Below are positions 38,293-47,759 of a stretch of 64,000 bases of DNA, piece after piece. The notes beneath the pieces were generated by a model. It saw only the letters and a list, made by a program, of their open reading frames with translations, was not told the origin of the DNA and did not search any database. Every line of letters starts with the position of its first letter. Within the stretch, counting starts at the first letter, position 1. The position numbers and the translations under genes are program-made. The stretch is from positions 38,051 through 102,050 of the forward strand of contig CAMYVQ010000001.1 of the NCBI GenBank assembly GCA_947302435.1, in the 5' to 3' direction. Source of the stretch: an uncultured Prevotella sp. (GTDB lineage: Bacteria > Bacteroidota > Bacteroidia > Bacteroidales > Bacteroidaceae).

Positions 38293-39798
38293 ATGTTTAA
38301 GACATTTACCGGCTTTCATCTTGTTGAGGCCTATCACAAACTCCACCATGAGCAGAAATATCATCATGGAGAGGTTCAGAGGAAACTCTTTAAGGCTCTT
38401 TTCGTGATCTTTGTCACCCTGCTTTTATGGAATCTGCCTACCAGTGCATTTGGCATCGACGGCCTGAACATCGTTCAGCAGCGCATCATTGCCATCTTTG
38501 TTTTTGCCACACTGATGTGGATTCTGGAGGTCGTCTCGTCGTGGGCCACGTCGGTGGCCATTATCGTGATGATGCTGCTCTTCACGTCGAACAGCGGCAT
38601 TGCCTTTATGTGTGACGAAGAGGTGGTAGGGCCGCTGCTCAGCTATAAGGGCGTGATGTCGTGCTTTGCCGATCCTGTGATCATGCTCTTCATCGGTGGC
38701 TTTGTTCTGGCCATTGCAGCCGGTAAGACTGGACTCGATGCACAGTTGGCCAAGGTGCTCTTGAAGCCCTTCGGCTCAAAAAGCGATAACGTGCTGTTAG
38801 GCTTCCTGTTGATTACCGCCCTTTTCTCGATGTTCGTCTCGAACACGGCTACGGCAGCCATGATGCTCACCTTCCTGACACCTGTGTTCAAGCAGTTGCC
38901 GCCCGAGGGGAAAGGACGTATCGCCATGGCACTGAGTATTCCTGTGGCAGCCAACTTAGGCGGCATGGGTACACCTATCGGCACGCCTCCCAATGCCATT
39001 GCCATTAAGTATCTGAACGATCCCGATGGGTTGAACCTCGGACTGGGCTTCGGCCAGTGGATGATGTTTATGGTGCCTTTGGTGGCCGTATTGCTGTTCT
39101 TCAGCTGGTGGCTGCTGCGTACGCTCTTCCCCTTCTCACAGAAGACGGTGAAGTTAGAGATTGAAGGCCAGATGAAGAAAGACCGTCAGACCTATATCGT
39201 GATTGTGACCTTCCTTGCGACAGTATTACTTTGGGTGTGCGAGAAGTGGACGGGCATCAACTCCTATACCGTGGCACTTATTCCTTTTGTGGTGTTTGCC
39301 ATGACGGGCATCGTCACGAAATACGACTTGGAGGAAATCAACTGGTCGGTGATTTGGATGGTTGCCGGCGGTTTTGCCTTAGGCTACGGACTGAATGCGT
39401 CGGGATTGGCCGAACTGGCTGTGAAGAGCATACCTTTTGGCGACTTCTCGCCATTCATCATTCTGGTCATCTCGGGTATTGTGTGCTACCTGCTGAGCAA
39501 CTTCATTTCCAATTCGGCTACCGCTGCGCTGCTCATGCCTATCCTGACAGTGGTCTGCACAGCCATGGGCGACAAGTTGGCTCCCATTGGCGGCACGCCC
39601 ACAGTGCTGATTGGCGTGGCCGTTGCTGCTTCGAGTGCCATGATTCTTCCTGTGTCTACGCCTCCTAATGCCTTGGCCTTCTCAACCAACTTGGTTCATC
39701 AGAACCAGATGGCCAAGGTGGGCATCATCGTGGGTGTCGTGTCCATGTTGTTAGGCTATACGTTGCTCTACTTCATGGGAACCTTTCATGTAATCTGA
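38293..39798 (+). CDS. SLC13/DASS family anion:sodium symporter
   Basis: SMFVSNTAT, GGMGTPIGTPPN, SNFISNSATA, LPVSTPPNA. Confidence 0.93.
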   Translation: MFKTFTGFHLVEAYHKLHHEQKYHHGEVQRKLFKALFVIFVTLLLWNLPTSAFGIDGLNIVQQRIIAIFVFATLMWILEVVSSWATSVAIIVMMLLFTSNSGIAFMCDEEVVGPLLSYKGVMSCFADPVIMLFIGGFVLAIAAGKTGLDAQLAKVLLKPFGSKSDNVLLGFLLITALFSMFVSNTATAAMMLTFLTPVFKQLPPEGKGRIAMALSIPVAANLGGMGTPIGTPPNAIAIKYLNDPDGLNLGLGFGQWMMFMVPLVAVLLFFSWWLLRTLFPFSQKTVKLEIEGQMKKDRQTYIVIVTFLATVLLWVCEKWTGINSYTVALIPFVVFAMTGIVTKYDLEEINWSVIWMVAGGFALGYGLNASGLAELAVKSIPFGDFSPFIILVISGIVCYLLSNFISNSATAALLMPILTVVCTAMGDKLAPIGGTPTVLIGVAVAASSAMILPVSTPPNALAFSTNLVHQNQMAKVGIIVGVVSMLLGYTLLYFMGTFHVI

Positions 39799-39809
39799 TT
39801 CTCTCAATA

Positions 39810-40286
39810 ATGATCAGTGTGATTGCAGCCGTGGCCCGTAACAGGGCCATTGGCTTTCAAAATAAGCTTATCTATTGGCTACCCAACGACCTGAAACGTT
39901 TCAAGCAGTTGACCACGGGACATACCATTCTCATGGGGCGGCGCACGTTCGAGAGCTTGCCCAAAGGGGCATTGCCCAACCGTCGCAACTGTGTGCTCAC
40001 CAACAGCGTGCATGAGTTGCCAGGCTGCGAATGCTTTGGCTCATGGGACGAGTTTATAGCTACCTGTCAACCTGACGAAGAAGTCTTTATCATTGGTGGG
40101 GCCAGTCTCTACGCCTCCCTCATTGACAAGGCCGACCGCCTTTGTTTGACTGAGATTGATGACACACCTGCCCAAGCCGACACTTTCTTCCCTGATTACA
40201 GTGATTGGAAGGAGGTGCAACGAGAGGCGCACGACACGGACGACCGTCATGCCTTCCGTTATGCTTTCGTGGATTATCAGCGTTGA
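39810..40286 (+). CDS. folA: Dihydrofolate reductase
   Basis: IAAVA.NRAIG, LPNDLKRFK, MGRRTFESL, LPNRRN, IIGG. Confidence 0.97.
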   Translation: MISVIAAVARNRAIGFQNKLIYWLPNDLKRFKQLTTGHTILMGRRTFESLPKGALPNRRNCVLTNSVHELPGCECFGSWDEFIATCQPDEEVFIIGGASLYASLIDKADRLCLTEIDDTPAQADTFFPDYSDWKEVQREAHDTDDRHAFRYAFVDYQR

Positions 40287-40307
40287 GGAACTCCATTCGT
40301 TTTGACC

Positions 40308-40349
40308 ATAAAAAATCCGAATCGCTTGGGCGGTTCGGATTTTTTTTAT
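40308..40349. terminator. Bidirectional intrinsic terminator
   Basis: AAAAAATCCGAATCGC-TTGG-GCGGTTCGGATTTTTT. Confidence 0.85.
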
Positions 40350-40370
40350 CAGGATGGAAAACGGATTTTC

Positions 40371-42221
40371 TTATTCCTGTGCAGCGTTCTCGGCATCGAT
40401 GGCCTTGATCTTCTCCTTGACAAGCTGCAGGTCGTCCTTCAGCTTCTGGATCTTGCGATTCATCTCCTCGATAAGCGAGTTGCCTTTCTTTGAAGAAGCG
40501 GTGAGGAAGCCGAGGTTGTTCTCGTAGGTCTGCACCTCCTGCTTGATGGCATCGTATTGGCGCATCAGACGGGCACGCTCATTGTCGAGTGCCTGCTCGC
40601 CGCGTTCGGCCACCTGCTTCAGGTTCTGCTTGAAGTTGTTCAGGCGGCGCTTGGCCACGTTGACATTCAGTTCCTTATAGAGCTTGTCGAGCACTTCGTG
40701 ATACTGCTTGTAGAGCTTGTCTTTCTCCTTGAAAGGCACGTGTCCCACGCTGTTGTATTCCTCAATGAGCTTCTGCACGCGAGTCTGTAGATCGGAACCG
40801 GCCTCTTCGGCAGCCTTCTTCAGTTGCTCAATGATTCCCAGCTTCTTCTCCAAGTTCTGGCGTTCCTCATTGCGCTGGTCGGCACCCTGTGCGTTGCGGG
40901 CCTCGAAGAACTTGTTGCAGGCTCCGAGGAACTCCTCCCACAGCTGGTCGCCTAATTTCTTAGGCACCATGCCGATGGTCTTCCACTCTTTCTGCAGGGC
41001 GATGAGCTTATCGGAGGTCGAACGCCATTCGGTGGAGTCTTGCAGAGCCTTGGCTTTCTCAATGAGGGCGCGCTTCTTGTCGGCATTCTCCTTGAAGGTG
41101 TCCTTCATGCTTCTGAAGTGGTCGGCTTTGTTGGCGAAGAAAGTATCGCAGGCGGCACGGAAACGCTCGAAGATTTTCACGTTCATCTTCTGGGGAGCAA
41201 AACCGATGGTCTTCCATTCAGCCTGTATGTCGATAATCTCCTTGGTATGGCGCTCCCAGTCGGCACTGCTCTTGTTCTCCTCGGCACAGATGGCCTCCAC
41301 TTTCTCGCAGAGAGCCGTCTTCTTGGCCAGATTCTCGTCCTCACGGGCGCGCAGTTCCTCAAAGTGCTGCTGATGGCGCTTGTTGATGACGGTCGATGCA
41401 GCCTTGAAGCGCTGCCAGATTTCCTCGCGGAGTTCCTTGGCCACGGGGCCGATTTCGCGATACTCCTGATGCAGCTTCTGCAATTGGTGGAAAGCACTGA
41501 TCACGTCTTCCTCTTCGGCCAGTTTCTCGGCAGCCTCGCACAGACGGGTCTTGGCTTCCAGATTCTTCTTGAAGTCGAGTTCGCGTGCCTCGCTGTTCAG
41601 TTTCAGCAGGTCGTAGAACTGCTCCACATAGAGCTGGTAGTTGCGCCAAAGCTCGTTGGCATGCTCGGCGGGTACGGCTTTGATCTCACGCCATTCCTGT
41701 TGCAGGGTCTTGAACTCCTGATAGGTCTTGCTGGCCTCTTCGGGCGAAGTGACCATACCCTTGATTTTCTCAATGATATCTAATTTCTTCTTCAGGTTTT
41801 CTTCTTTTTCAGCCTCTTGCTCGCGGAACTGCTGTTGGCGGCGCTCCTTGATGATGCCCATCTCGGCCTTGAACGATTCCTCGTCCTCGTCGGGCACGAT
41901 TTGATAGGTGCTGGGGTCGCCTCCGGCATCCAGAAAAGCTTTCATCTGGGCTTCGCGCTCGGCGATGTGAAGCTTGTAGAACGCTGTCTTGAGGTATTCG
42001 ACCTCCTCTTTCTGGGGAGCTTCTTCAGCGTGTGCAATCTCCTTCACGCGCTCCAGCACCTCCTTCTTGGTCTGATACACCTTGCGTTGTTCTTCAGCTA
42101 CGTCAGCCTCTTTCTGCTCGGCTACGGGTTCTTCCACTGTGGTTGCTTGCTGCTCACCCTGCACAAGGGTATTCTCTTCACTGAGTGAAGAAGCAGTTTC
42201 GATTACTTGAGAGTCCATCAT
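40371..42221 (-). CDS. DUF349 domain protein
   Basis: Repeated LQ.EW..IG.VP..LW.RF..A...FF helical units. Confidence 0.9.
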   Translation of the reverse strand: MMDSQVIETASSLSEENTLVQGEQQATTVEEPVAEQKEADVAEEQRKVYQTKKEVLERVKEIAHAEEAPQKEEVEYLKTAFYKLHIAEREAQMKAFLDAGGDPSTYQIVPDEDEESFKAEMGIIKERRQQQFREQEAEKEENLKKKLDIIEKIKGMVTSPEEASKTYQEFKTLQQEWREIKAVPAEHANELWRNYQLYVEQFYDLLKLNSEARELDFKKNLEAKTRLCEAAEKLAEEEDVISAFHQLQKLHQEYREIGPVAKELREEIWQRFKAASTVINKRHQQHFEELRAREDENLAKKTALCEKVEAICAEENKSSADWERHTKEIIDIQAEWKTIGFAPQKMNVKIFERFRAACDTFFANKADHFRSMKDTFKENADKKRALIEKAKALQDSTEWRSTSDKLIALQKEWKTIGMVPKKLGDQLWEEFLGACNKFFEARNAQGADQRNEERQNLEKKLGIIEQLKKAAEEAGSDLQTRVQKLIEEYNSVGHVPFKEKDKLYKQYHEVLDKLYKELNVNVAKRRLNNFKQNLKQVAERGEQALDNERARLMRQYDAIKQEVQTYENNLGFLTASSKKGNSLIEEMNRKIQKLKDDLQLVKEKIKAIDAENAAQE

Positions 42222-42288
42222 TTAACTGTGTTTAGTTACAGATATGGTTTATGTTCATTCACAAAATTTGGGTCAAAGATACAAAAAA

Positions 42289-42422
42289 GGTGGGAGTTGT
42301 AATGAGTTAGGAGTTTGGAATTAGGTGTTATGAGTTGTTATTTATGCTTTATTAACCGATTTTAATTCTTAATCACTGATTCCTCACTCCAATTATAAAA
42401 CTCTTCACTTCTAATTTCTTCC
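42289..42422. repeat. Degenerate inverted heptamer arrays (AGGAGTT-like / AACTCCT-like)
   Basis: gggagttgtaatgagttaggagtttggaattaggtgttatgagtt .. aattcttaatcactgattcctcactccc..aactcttcacttctaatttct. Confidence 0.65.
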
Positions 42423-43349
42423 TCATACCAGTCCCTTTCGGTGTAGTAGCCACCATGCGATTGCGGAGACACCTACGGAGATAGCAAGTGCGAATGGGAA
42501 TCCCAGCAGATTGTCCTCCATGCCATTAACGAGGTTCATGCCGAAGATAGAGGCAATGAGGGTGGGGAACATCATCAGAATCGACACTGTTGTCAGTGTT
42601 TTCATCACGGTGTTCATATTATTGTTAATAATAGAGGAATAGGTGTCCATCGTCGATTCCAAGATGTCGGAATAGATGCTGGTGGTCTCGCGGGCCTGGG
42701 TCATCTCGATGCTTACGTCCTCAATGAGGTCGGCATCCAGCTCGTCGATCTGTAGCTTGAACTTCAGTTTCGACAGCAGGGTCTCGTTGCCGCGGATGGA
42801 AGTCTGGAAGTACGTGAGCGAGTCTTGCAAACGGCTGAGGCCAATCAGCGACTCGTTGTTCACATTCTTGTCCAAGTTGCGCTTGGCCTTGTCGATGAGC
42901 GAGTTGATCTGCTTCAGTCGTTTCAGATACCACACAGCCGAGGAGTAGAACAGGCGGAAAATCATGTCCACATAGTCGGTGAAGCCCACGCCGCGCTTCT
43001 GCTGATAGGAAACGAAGTCGATCATCATGTTCGTCTCGTAGTAGCACACGGTGATGGTGACATCGCGCTTGTGGATGATGCCAAGCGGCACGGTCGTATA
43101 GGGTGTGCGGCTGCGTATCTCCTTGACGTAGGGAATACGTAGGATGATGAGCATCCAGCCGTCGTCGTACTCATAGCGGGCACGTTCGTCGGTATCGCTG
43201 ATGTCGGTGATGAAATAATCGGGTATGCCGAACCTCTCTTCCAGTTCGCGCTGTTCGTCTTCTGTGGGGCATGTCAGCTGAATCCAGCAGTTGGGCTGCC
43301 ATTCGTTGAGCTGGCTGAGTCCACCTTGGGTGTTCCAGAAAGTCTTCAT
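42423..43349 (-). CDS. corA: CorA family magnesium transporter
   Basis: INNNMNTVMKTLT, PTLIASIFGMN signature, two C-terminal TM helices. Confidence 0.93.
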   Translation of the reverse strand: MKTFWNTQGGLSQLNEWQPNCWIQLTCPTEDEQRELEERFGIPDYFITDISDTDERARYEYDDGWMLIILRIPYVKEIRSRTPYTTVPLGIIHKRDVTITVCYYETNMMIDFVSYQQKRGVGFTDYVDMIFRLFYSSAVWYLKRLKQINSLIDKAKRNLDKNVNNESLIGLSRLQDSLTYFQTSIRGNETLLSKLKFKLQIDELDADLIEDVSIEMTQARETTSIYSDILESTMDTYSSIINNNMNTVMKTLTTVSILMMFPTLIASIFGMNLVNGMEDNLLGFPFALAISVGVSAIAWWLLHRKGLV

Positions 43350-43366
43350 TGTTGCTAATCCTTTTT

Positions 43367-43415
43367 AATGCATAATTCATAATGCATGATTCATAATTCA
43401 CAATGCATAATGCAT
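43367..43415. repeat. Heptamer tandem array (AATGCAT/AATTCAT) x7 in the corA 5' UTR
   Basis: Seven contiguous 7-nt units. Confidence 0.85.
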
Positions 43416-43419
43416 AATT

Positions 43420-43452
43420 AAAAAGCGGCAAGGGGATTAGCGGCCTTGCCAC
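43420..43452 (-). terminator. Terminator hairpin within the corA leader (candidate attenuator)
   Basis: Minus strand GTGGCAAGG-loop-CCTTGCCGC-TTTTT between promoter and corA. Confidence 0.75.
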
Positions 43453-43463
43453 CGTCCCCAGGC

Positions 43464-43499
43464 CTAACGTTTAAAAGTTTTCGCCGGGTAGTCGTCCAT
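43464..43499 (-). CDS. Putative corA leader peptide MDDYPAKTFKR
   Basis: ATG 43499 after an A-rich initiation region, TAG 43464-43466, 11 nt before the terminator stem. Confidence 0.6.
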   Translation of the reverse strand: MDDYPAKTFKR

Positions 43500-43530
43500 A
43501 ATTGTTACTGTTTGGTTTATAATTCGGGTG

Positions 43531-43538
43531 CAAAGATA
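43531..43538 (-). promoter_or_regulatory. -7 promoter box for leader-corA
   Basis: TATCTTTG on the minus strand. Confidence 0.7.
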
Positions 43539-43546
43539 CAACTTTT

Positions 43547-43709
43547 AGTGAAGAGTGAAGAGCGAAGAATGAAGAATTTTCTACCGCCTTGTTGTTTTTT
43601 AACGTTTCTATTCTTCACTCTTCACTCTTCACTCTTCATTCTTCACTCTTCACTCTTCACTCTTCACTCTTCACTCTTCACTCTTCACTCTTCACTTTTC
43701 ACTCTTCAC
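43547..43709. repeat. Inverted heptamer element (AGTGAAG)n..(TCTTCAC)14
   Basis: Left arm followed by AATTTTCTACCGC; right arm of 14 units at 43612-43709 contains the pepD stop. Confidence 0.92.
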
Positions 43710-45169
43710 TTTTTCACGGGTACGTCGGCCAGTGTCTTTTTCAGCAACTGCCAGAACGGTTCCACGGTGGCGATGAGGGCGCGCTCGGTGGTGGTGTGGG
43801 GCGACTTCATCGTCGGGCCTAACGATACCACGTCAAGGTGTGGGTACTTGCCCAAGATGACCGAGCACTCCAAGCCGGCGTGATCCACTTGGATGATGCC
43901 GTCCTGTCCGAACAGTTCCTTGTACTCTTTCAGCAGCAGGTGCAGGATTTCCGATTCGGGGTTGGGATCCCAGCCGCCGTAAGAACCGGCGGTCTCCACC
44001 TTCATGCCAGCCATGTTGAACACGCTCTGCAGGGTGTTCACGCAGTATTCTTTCATGTCCTCGCGCGAAGAGCGGGCCAAGATCTTTATTTCTGCCTTGC
44101 CGCCTCCGATGTTGATGATGGCGAGGTTGCTGGAGGTCTCCACCACGTCGGGGTAAGACGGAATCATGCGGATGACTCCATTGTGGCAGCCGTGGATGGC
44201 GTTGATGAGGTTGTCCTGAATCTCTTCGGGCACCTCCGTCTTCGGTGTCTCCACGTCTTCCACGACGACCTCGATGCCTAATGTCTCAATCTGCTTGTAC
44301 TGGTCGCGGAAGTCGTTCTGCCACTCGGCGGCCATTTCTTTCAGGGCAGCCACATTCTCTTTCGGCAGGGTGAGCACGGCCTCGGCCTTGAAGGGAATGG
44401 CATTGCGCATGTTGCCGCCCTGCCATGAAGCCAGACGGGCCTCGCACTCCTCGATGAACTCGCGCACCATCTGTGCCAGCAGCTTGTTGGCATTGCCGCG
44501 CCCCTCGTGAATCTCCAAGCCAGAGTGCCCGCCGCGCAGACCTTTCACCGTCACGCGCACGGCAGCATCCTCACTGTCGGTCTCCACTTCCTTGTAGTCG
44601 AGCGTGGCGGTGACATCGATGCCACCAGCCGAGCCAATGACGAACTTGCCCCAGTGCTCGGAGTCGAGGTTCAGCAGGATATCGCCCTGCAGCTCGCCCT
44701 CAGGCAGTTCGTTGGCACCGTACATGCCCGTTTCCTCGTCGCGTGTGATAAGTGCGTCGATGGGGCCGTGTTTCAGGTCTTTGGCTTCCATGATGGCCAT
44801 GATGGCGGCCACGCCCAGACCGTTGTCGGCACCGAGGGTCGTCCCCTTGGCCTTCACCCATTCGCCGTCGATCCATGGCTGGATGGGGTCGGTCTCGAAG
44901 TTGTGGGTCGATTCGGGTGTCTTCTGCGGCACCATGTCCATGTGGGCCTGCAGGATGATGCCCTTGCGGTTTTCCATGCCCGGAGTGGCTGCTTTGCGCA
45001 TCACGATGTTGCCGGCAGGGTCTTTGAACACTGTCACGCCGGCCTGCTTTCCGAAGTCGAGTAGGAACGCCTGGATTTTCTCTAAATGTCCCGACGGGCG
45101 GGGAATCTGTGTCAGTGCGTAGAAGTTTTTCCAGATGCACTGTGGCTGTAGGTTTTGAATTTCATTCAT
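43706..45169 (-). CDS. pepD: Aminoacyl-histidine dipeptidase (M20)
   Basis: LQAHMDMV, TTLGADNG, DEETGM.GA, NLDSE, GGHSG, HAGLEC. Confidence 0.95.
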   Translation of the reverse strand: MNEIQNLQPQCIWKNFYALTQIPRPSGHLEKIQAFLLDFGKQAGVTVFKDPAGNIVMRKAATPGMENRKGIILQAHMDMVPQKTPESTHNFETDPIQPWIDGEWVKAKGTTLGADNGLGVAAIMAIMEAKDLKHGPIDALITRDEETGMYGANELPEGELQGDILLNLDSEHWGKFVIGSAGGIDVTATLDYKEVETDSEDAAVRVTVKGLRGGHSGLEIHEGRGNANKLLAQMVREFIEECEARLASWQGGNMRNAIPFKAEAVLTLPKENVAALKEMAAEWQNDFRDQYKQIETLGIEVVVEDVETPKTEVPEEIQDNLINAIHGCHNGVIRMIPSYPDVVETSSNLAIINIGGGKAEIKILARSSREDMKEYCVNTLQSVFNMAGMKVETAGSYGGWDPNPESEILHLLLKEYKELFGQDGIIQVDHAGLECSVILGKYPHLDVVSLGPTMKSPHTTTERALIATVEPFWQLLKKTLADVPVKK

Positions 45170-45208
45170 AGTTTTTTTTGTTTTTAGTGGAAAATATTAT
45201 ATAAACAG

Positions 45209-45425
45209 GATTGCCTACGGCAAGAAATTAAAGCAAAATTTGGAACAAAATGATAACAAAATATTTATAAGAGCCTTATTTTTTCTATTGATCCGTTGGA
45301 TGGTGACCGGTAATACCAATCTCGAAAAAAGTCCCATTTTTTGTTGTGTTCTTCGATGAGATTCATAGATAGATTTTGTTTTAATTTTGAATTACATTTT
45401 GTTCAATTTCTGGCCGAAGGCCATC
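45209..45425. repeat. Element bounded by about 55-bp imperfect inverted repeats with terminal mini-hairpins
   Basis: GATTGCCTACGGCAAGAAATT..(CAAAAT)x3 versus reverse complement GATGGCCTTCGGCCAGAAATT..(CAAAAT)x3. Confidence 0.65.
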
Positions 45426-46403
45426 TTTCTTTGTTGTAACAAACGATAGTCTCATCCATGCATAAACACCGAGGAGAACGACCAGCAGCGTCTGCACCGT
45501 ATGCACGATGAGGACGAAGTAGAGCGCCTGCTCGTCGGCCACGCCGTAGAGAATGAGCATCGTCTTCACCGCGAAATGCCAGGGACCGGCACCGTTGGGT
45601 GTAGGGACAATGACAGCGATGCTGCCCACCACGAACGACACTAACGCACAGCCGATGCCTAAATCGGCTGTGAAGTCGAAACAGAAGAACGTGAGATAAT
45701 AGTGCAGGAAATAGCTCAGCCAGATGCCTACGGTGAAGAAGAGGAACAGCGGCAGGTTGCGCACATGTCTCAGCGAGAGGATGCCCTCCCAGATGCCAGA
45801 GAGTGTCGCCTTCACCTTATTATATATATATAGGCGCTTCAACAGCAGGTGGAGCAACAGCAGAACCGCCACACCGCAGATGGCCGTGACCAAGTAGCCG
45901 GCAGGCGAGAACTGCTCCAGGATGCTATCGAGCGACGTACCCGTCTTCTCGAAGAAGGTGCCGAACACGCTCATTTGGAAGAGTAGGGTGGAGCCCGTCA
46001 CGATGAGCACCACCACCGAGTCGATGGCACGCTCGGTGACCACGGTGCCTAAGGCTTTGGGGAAAGACACGTTGTCCCAGCGTTTCAGCACGCCGCAGCG
46101 CGTGAACTCGCCGATGCGCGGCACCACGAGTGAGGCGGCATAGCTGAGGAAGACAGAGTTGACGGCTACAGAGTGGCGCGGACGTTCGCCCACAGGTTCC
46201 AATGTCTGCTGCCATCGCCATCCGCGGAATGCCTGTGCCAGGATGCCGAAGGGGAAGGACAACAGCATCCACGTCCAGTTCATCTCGTCGAGCAGCACGT
46301 GTCGCATGCTTTGAAAATCGAAGCCCCGGTACATCCAATAGAGAATGGCCCCTCCCAACAGGAGCGGCAACACGATCTTGAATATGGTCTGGGCTGTCTT
46401 CAT
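45381..46403 (-). CDS. Lysylphosphatidylglycerol synthase TM-domain (flippase-like) protein
   Basis: RGWRW, PRIGEFTRC, GTVVTER..D, PTPNGAGPWH. Confidence 0.9.
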   Translation of the reverse strand: MKTAQTIFKIVLPLLLGGAILYWMYRGFDFQSMRHVLLDEMNWTWMLLSFPFGILAQAFRGWRWQQTLEPVGERPRHSVAVNSVFLSYAASLVVPRIGEFTRCGVLKRWDNVSFPKALGTVVTERAIDSVVVLIVTGSTLLFQMSVFGTFFEKTGTSLDSILEQFSPAGYLVTAICGVAVLLLLHLLLKRLYIYNKVKATLSGIWEGILSLRHVRNLPLFLFFTVGIWLSYFLHYYLTFFCFDFTADLGIGCALVSFVVGSIAVIVPTPNGAGPWHFAVKTMLILYGVADEQALYFVLIVHTVQTLLVVLLGVYAWMRLSFVTTKKDGLRPEIEQNVIQN

Positions 46404-47575
46404 TTGTCATTGACGGTTTTGTTAGTGGTCGGGGCCTTCAGGTTGACTTGGTATTCCTTGGGGCTCATGCCCTTATACAGCTTGAAGTTGCGATAGAACG
46501 ACGTACTGCTGGTGAACCCCGACTGTTCAGCAATCTCACTGAGTGGCGTGTCGGGATGCTGACTGATGAGCAACGAGGCATACTCGATGCGCATGCGGTT
46601 GATGTATTCGTTGAACGAGATGCCCATCTCGTGGTTGATGGCCTGATAGATGTAGTTGCGGTTGGTGTTCAGGCGGTTCACGATGTCCACAATTTTGATG
46701 TTGGGCTGACGGTACAGCTCTTCCTGTTCCATGAGCTGCTCGATCTTCTTGCGCAGCTCCTGCATGCCGTCCTGTCTGGCTATAGAGGCATCGGCCTCCT
46801 GTTCGTCGTTCTCGATGTCGTCGATGCTGAACTGCTGCTTATAGCCTACATATCCCAGGGCAAACAGCATGACGGAGAAAGCTACGGAAGGAAAGGCCAG
46901 CAGCCACGAAGACTCGTCGAACTGGCGACGGCCGATGATGTTGAAGACAAATGAGAGGATGGAGGTGGCAATGAAAGCCACAAGCATGTGGTGGATGGAA
47001 CCGAGTGTCTTTCCCTCAATATCGGCGTATGCATTCCGGACCAGCTGGTCGTATTCCATGATATGGGTGCGTCCATAGATCAGTACGGGGATGATGAGAA
47101 AGGCGAACAGGGCCTTGCACACGTCGTGGACGTAGACCTGCATGATGGCCAGACCGGTTAGCGTGCTGCGATGCCCCCCGTACAGGTACTGGTCGATGAA
47201 CTGTCTTGTCTCTTCCGGTGACATCATGATGTAGAGCGCGCCCGTAAGGATGCCTCCTACCACGGCTGGCACCATCAGCACCCATCGGTTCTTGTGAAAC
47301 TTGCTTCTGAGGGTCAGCGAACAGACATAGAGGTAATAGAGCGGATAGACGGCCAGATTGGCAAAGCTATAGATGGTGTCGGTATAGGGAATCAGGGCCG
47401 TGTTATGATTGAAGAACACACAGTGGCCGAAGTAGAGCATACTGGCCGTCAGCATGAAAACCAGCAGGTGTTGTCGCGGCCGGTTCTTCCCTTCCGTATA
47501 GAGTTGCAATGCCAGCATGGCCGACCAGAACAGGCAGACGAACATGGGCATCGTTGTGAAAATCATCGCTTTCAT
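46400..47575 (-). CDS. Membrane-anchored AraC family regulator
   Basis: Multiple N-terminal TM helices; C-terminal L.TNRNY..AIN, IAEQSGF.S.TSFYRNFK..GMSP. Confidence 0.93.
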   Translation of the reverse strand: MKAMIFTTMPMFVCLFWSAMLALQLYTEGKNRPRQHLLVFMLTASMLYFGHCVFFNHNTALIPYTDTIYSFANLAVYPLYYLYVCSLTLRSKFHKNRWVLMVPAVVGGILTGALYIMMSPEETRQFIDQYLYGGHRSTLTGLAIMQVYVHDVCKALFAFLIIPVLIYGRTHIMEYDQLVRNAYADIEGKTLGSIHHMLVAFIATSILSFVFNIIGRRQFDESSWLLAFPSVAFSVMLFALGYVGYKQQFSIDDIENDEQEADASIARQDGMQELRKKIEQLMEQEELYRQPNIKIVDIVNRLNTNRNYIYQAINHEMGISFNEYINRMRIEYASLLISQHPDTPLSEIAEQSGFTSSTSFYRNFKLYKGMSPKEYQVNLKAPTTNKTVNDK

Positions 47576-47630
47576 GCATGCAAAATTAGTCGATTTGAAT
47601 GAGAAAAACGAGTTTTTTCCCTAAAATTGT

Positions 47631-47734
47631 GAATTTGAAATGTTTTTCTATGAATATGAACGGTGTTTCTGTGAATATGAAACATTAATCTTGGAATATG
47701 AAATCAATGGTTTGCAAAAAAACGCCTAACTTTG
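47631..47734 (+). promoter_or_regulatory. Four GAATWTGAA direct repeats at 21-bp spacing plus -7 box
   Basis: Repeats start at 47631, 47652, 47673 and 47694; TAACTTTG at 47727-47734. Confidence 0.8.
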
Positions 47735-47759
47735 CACTATTAATTTAAACAAAGAAATT

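Noticed and set aside
43446-43883. ORFs encoding (LFTLHSS)n
   Set aside because: These are translations of the TCTTCAC heptamer array, not credible genes
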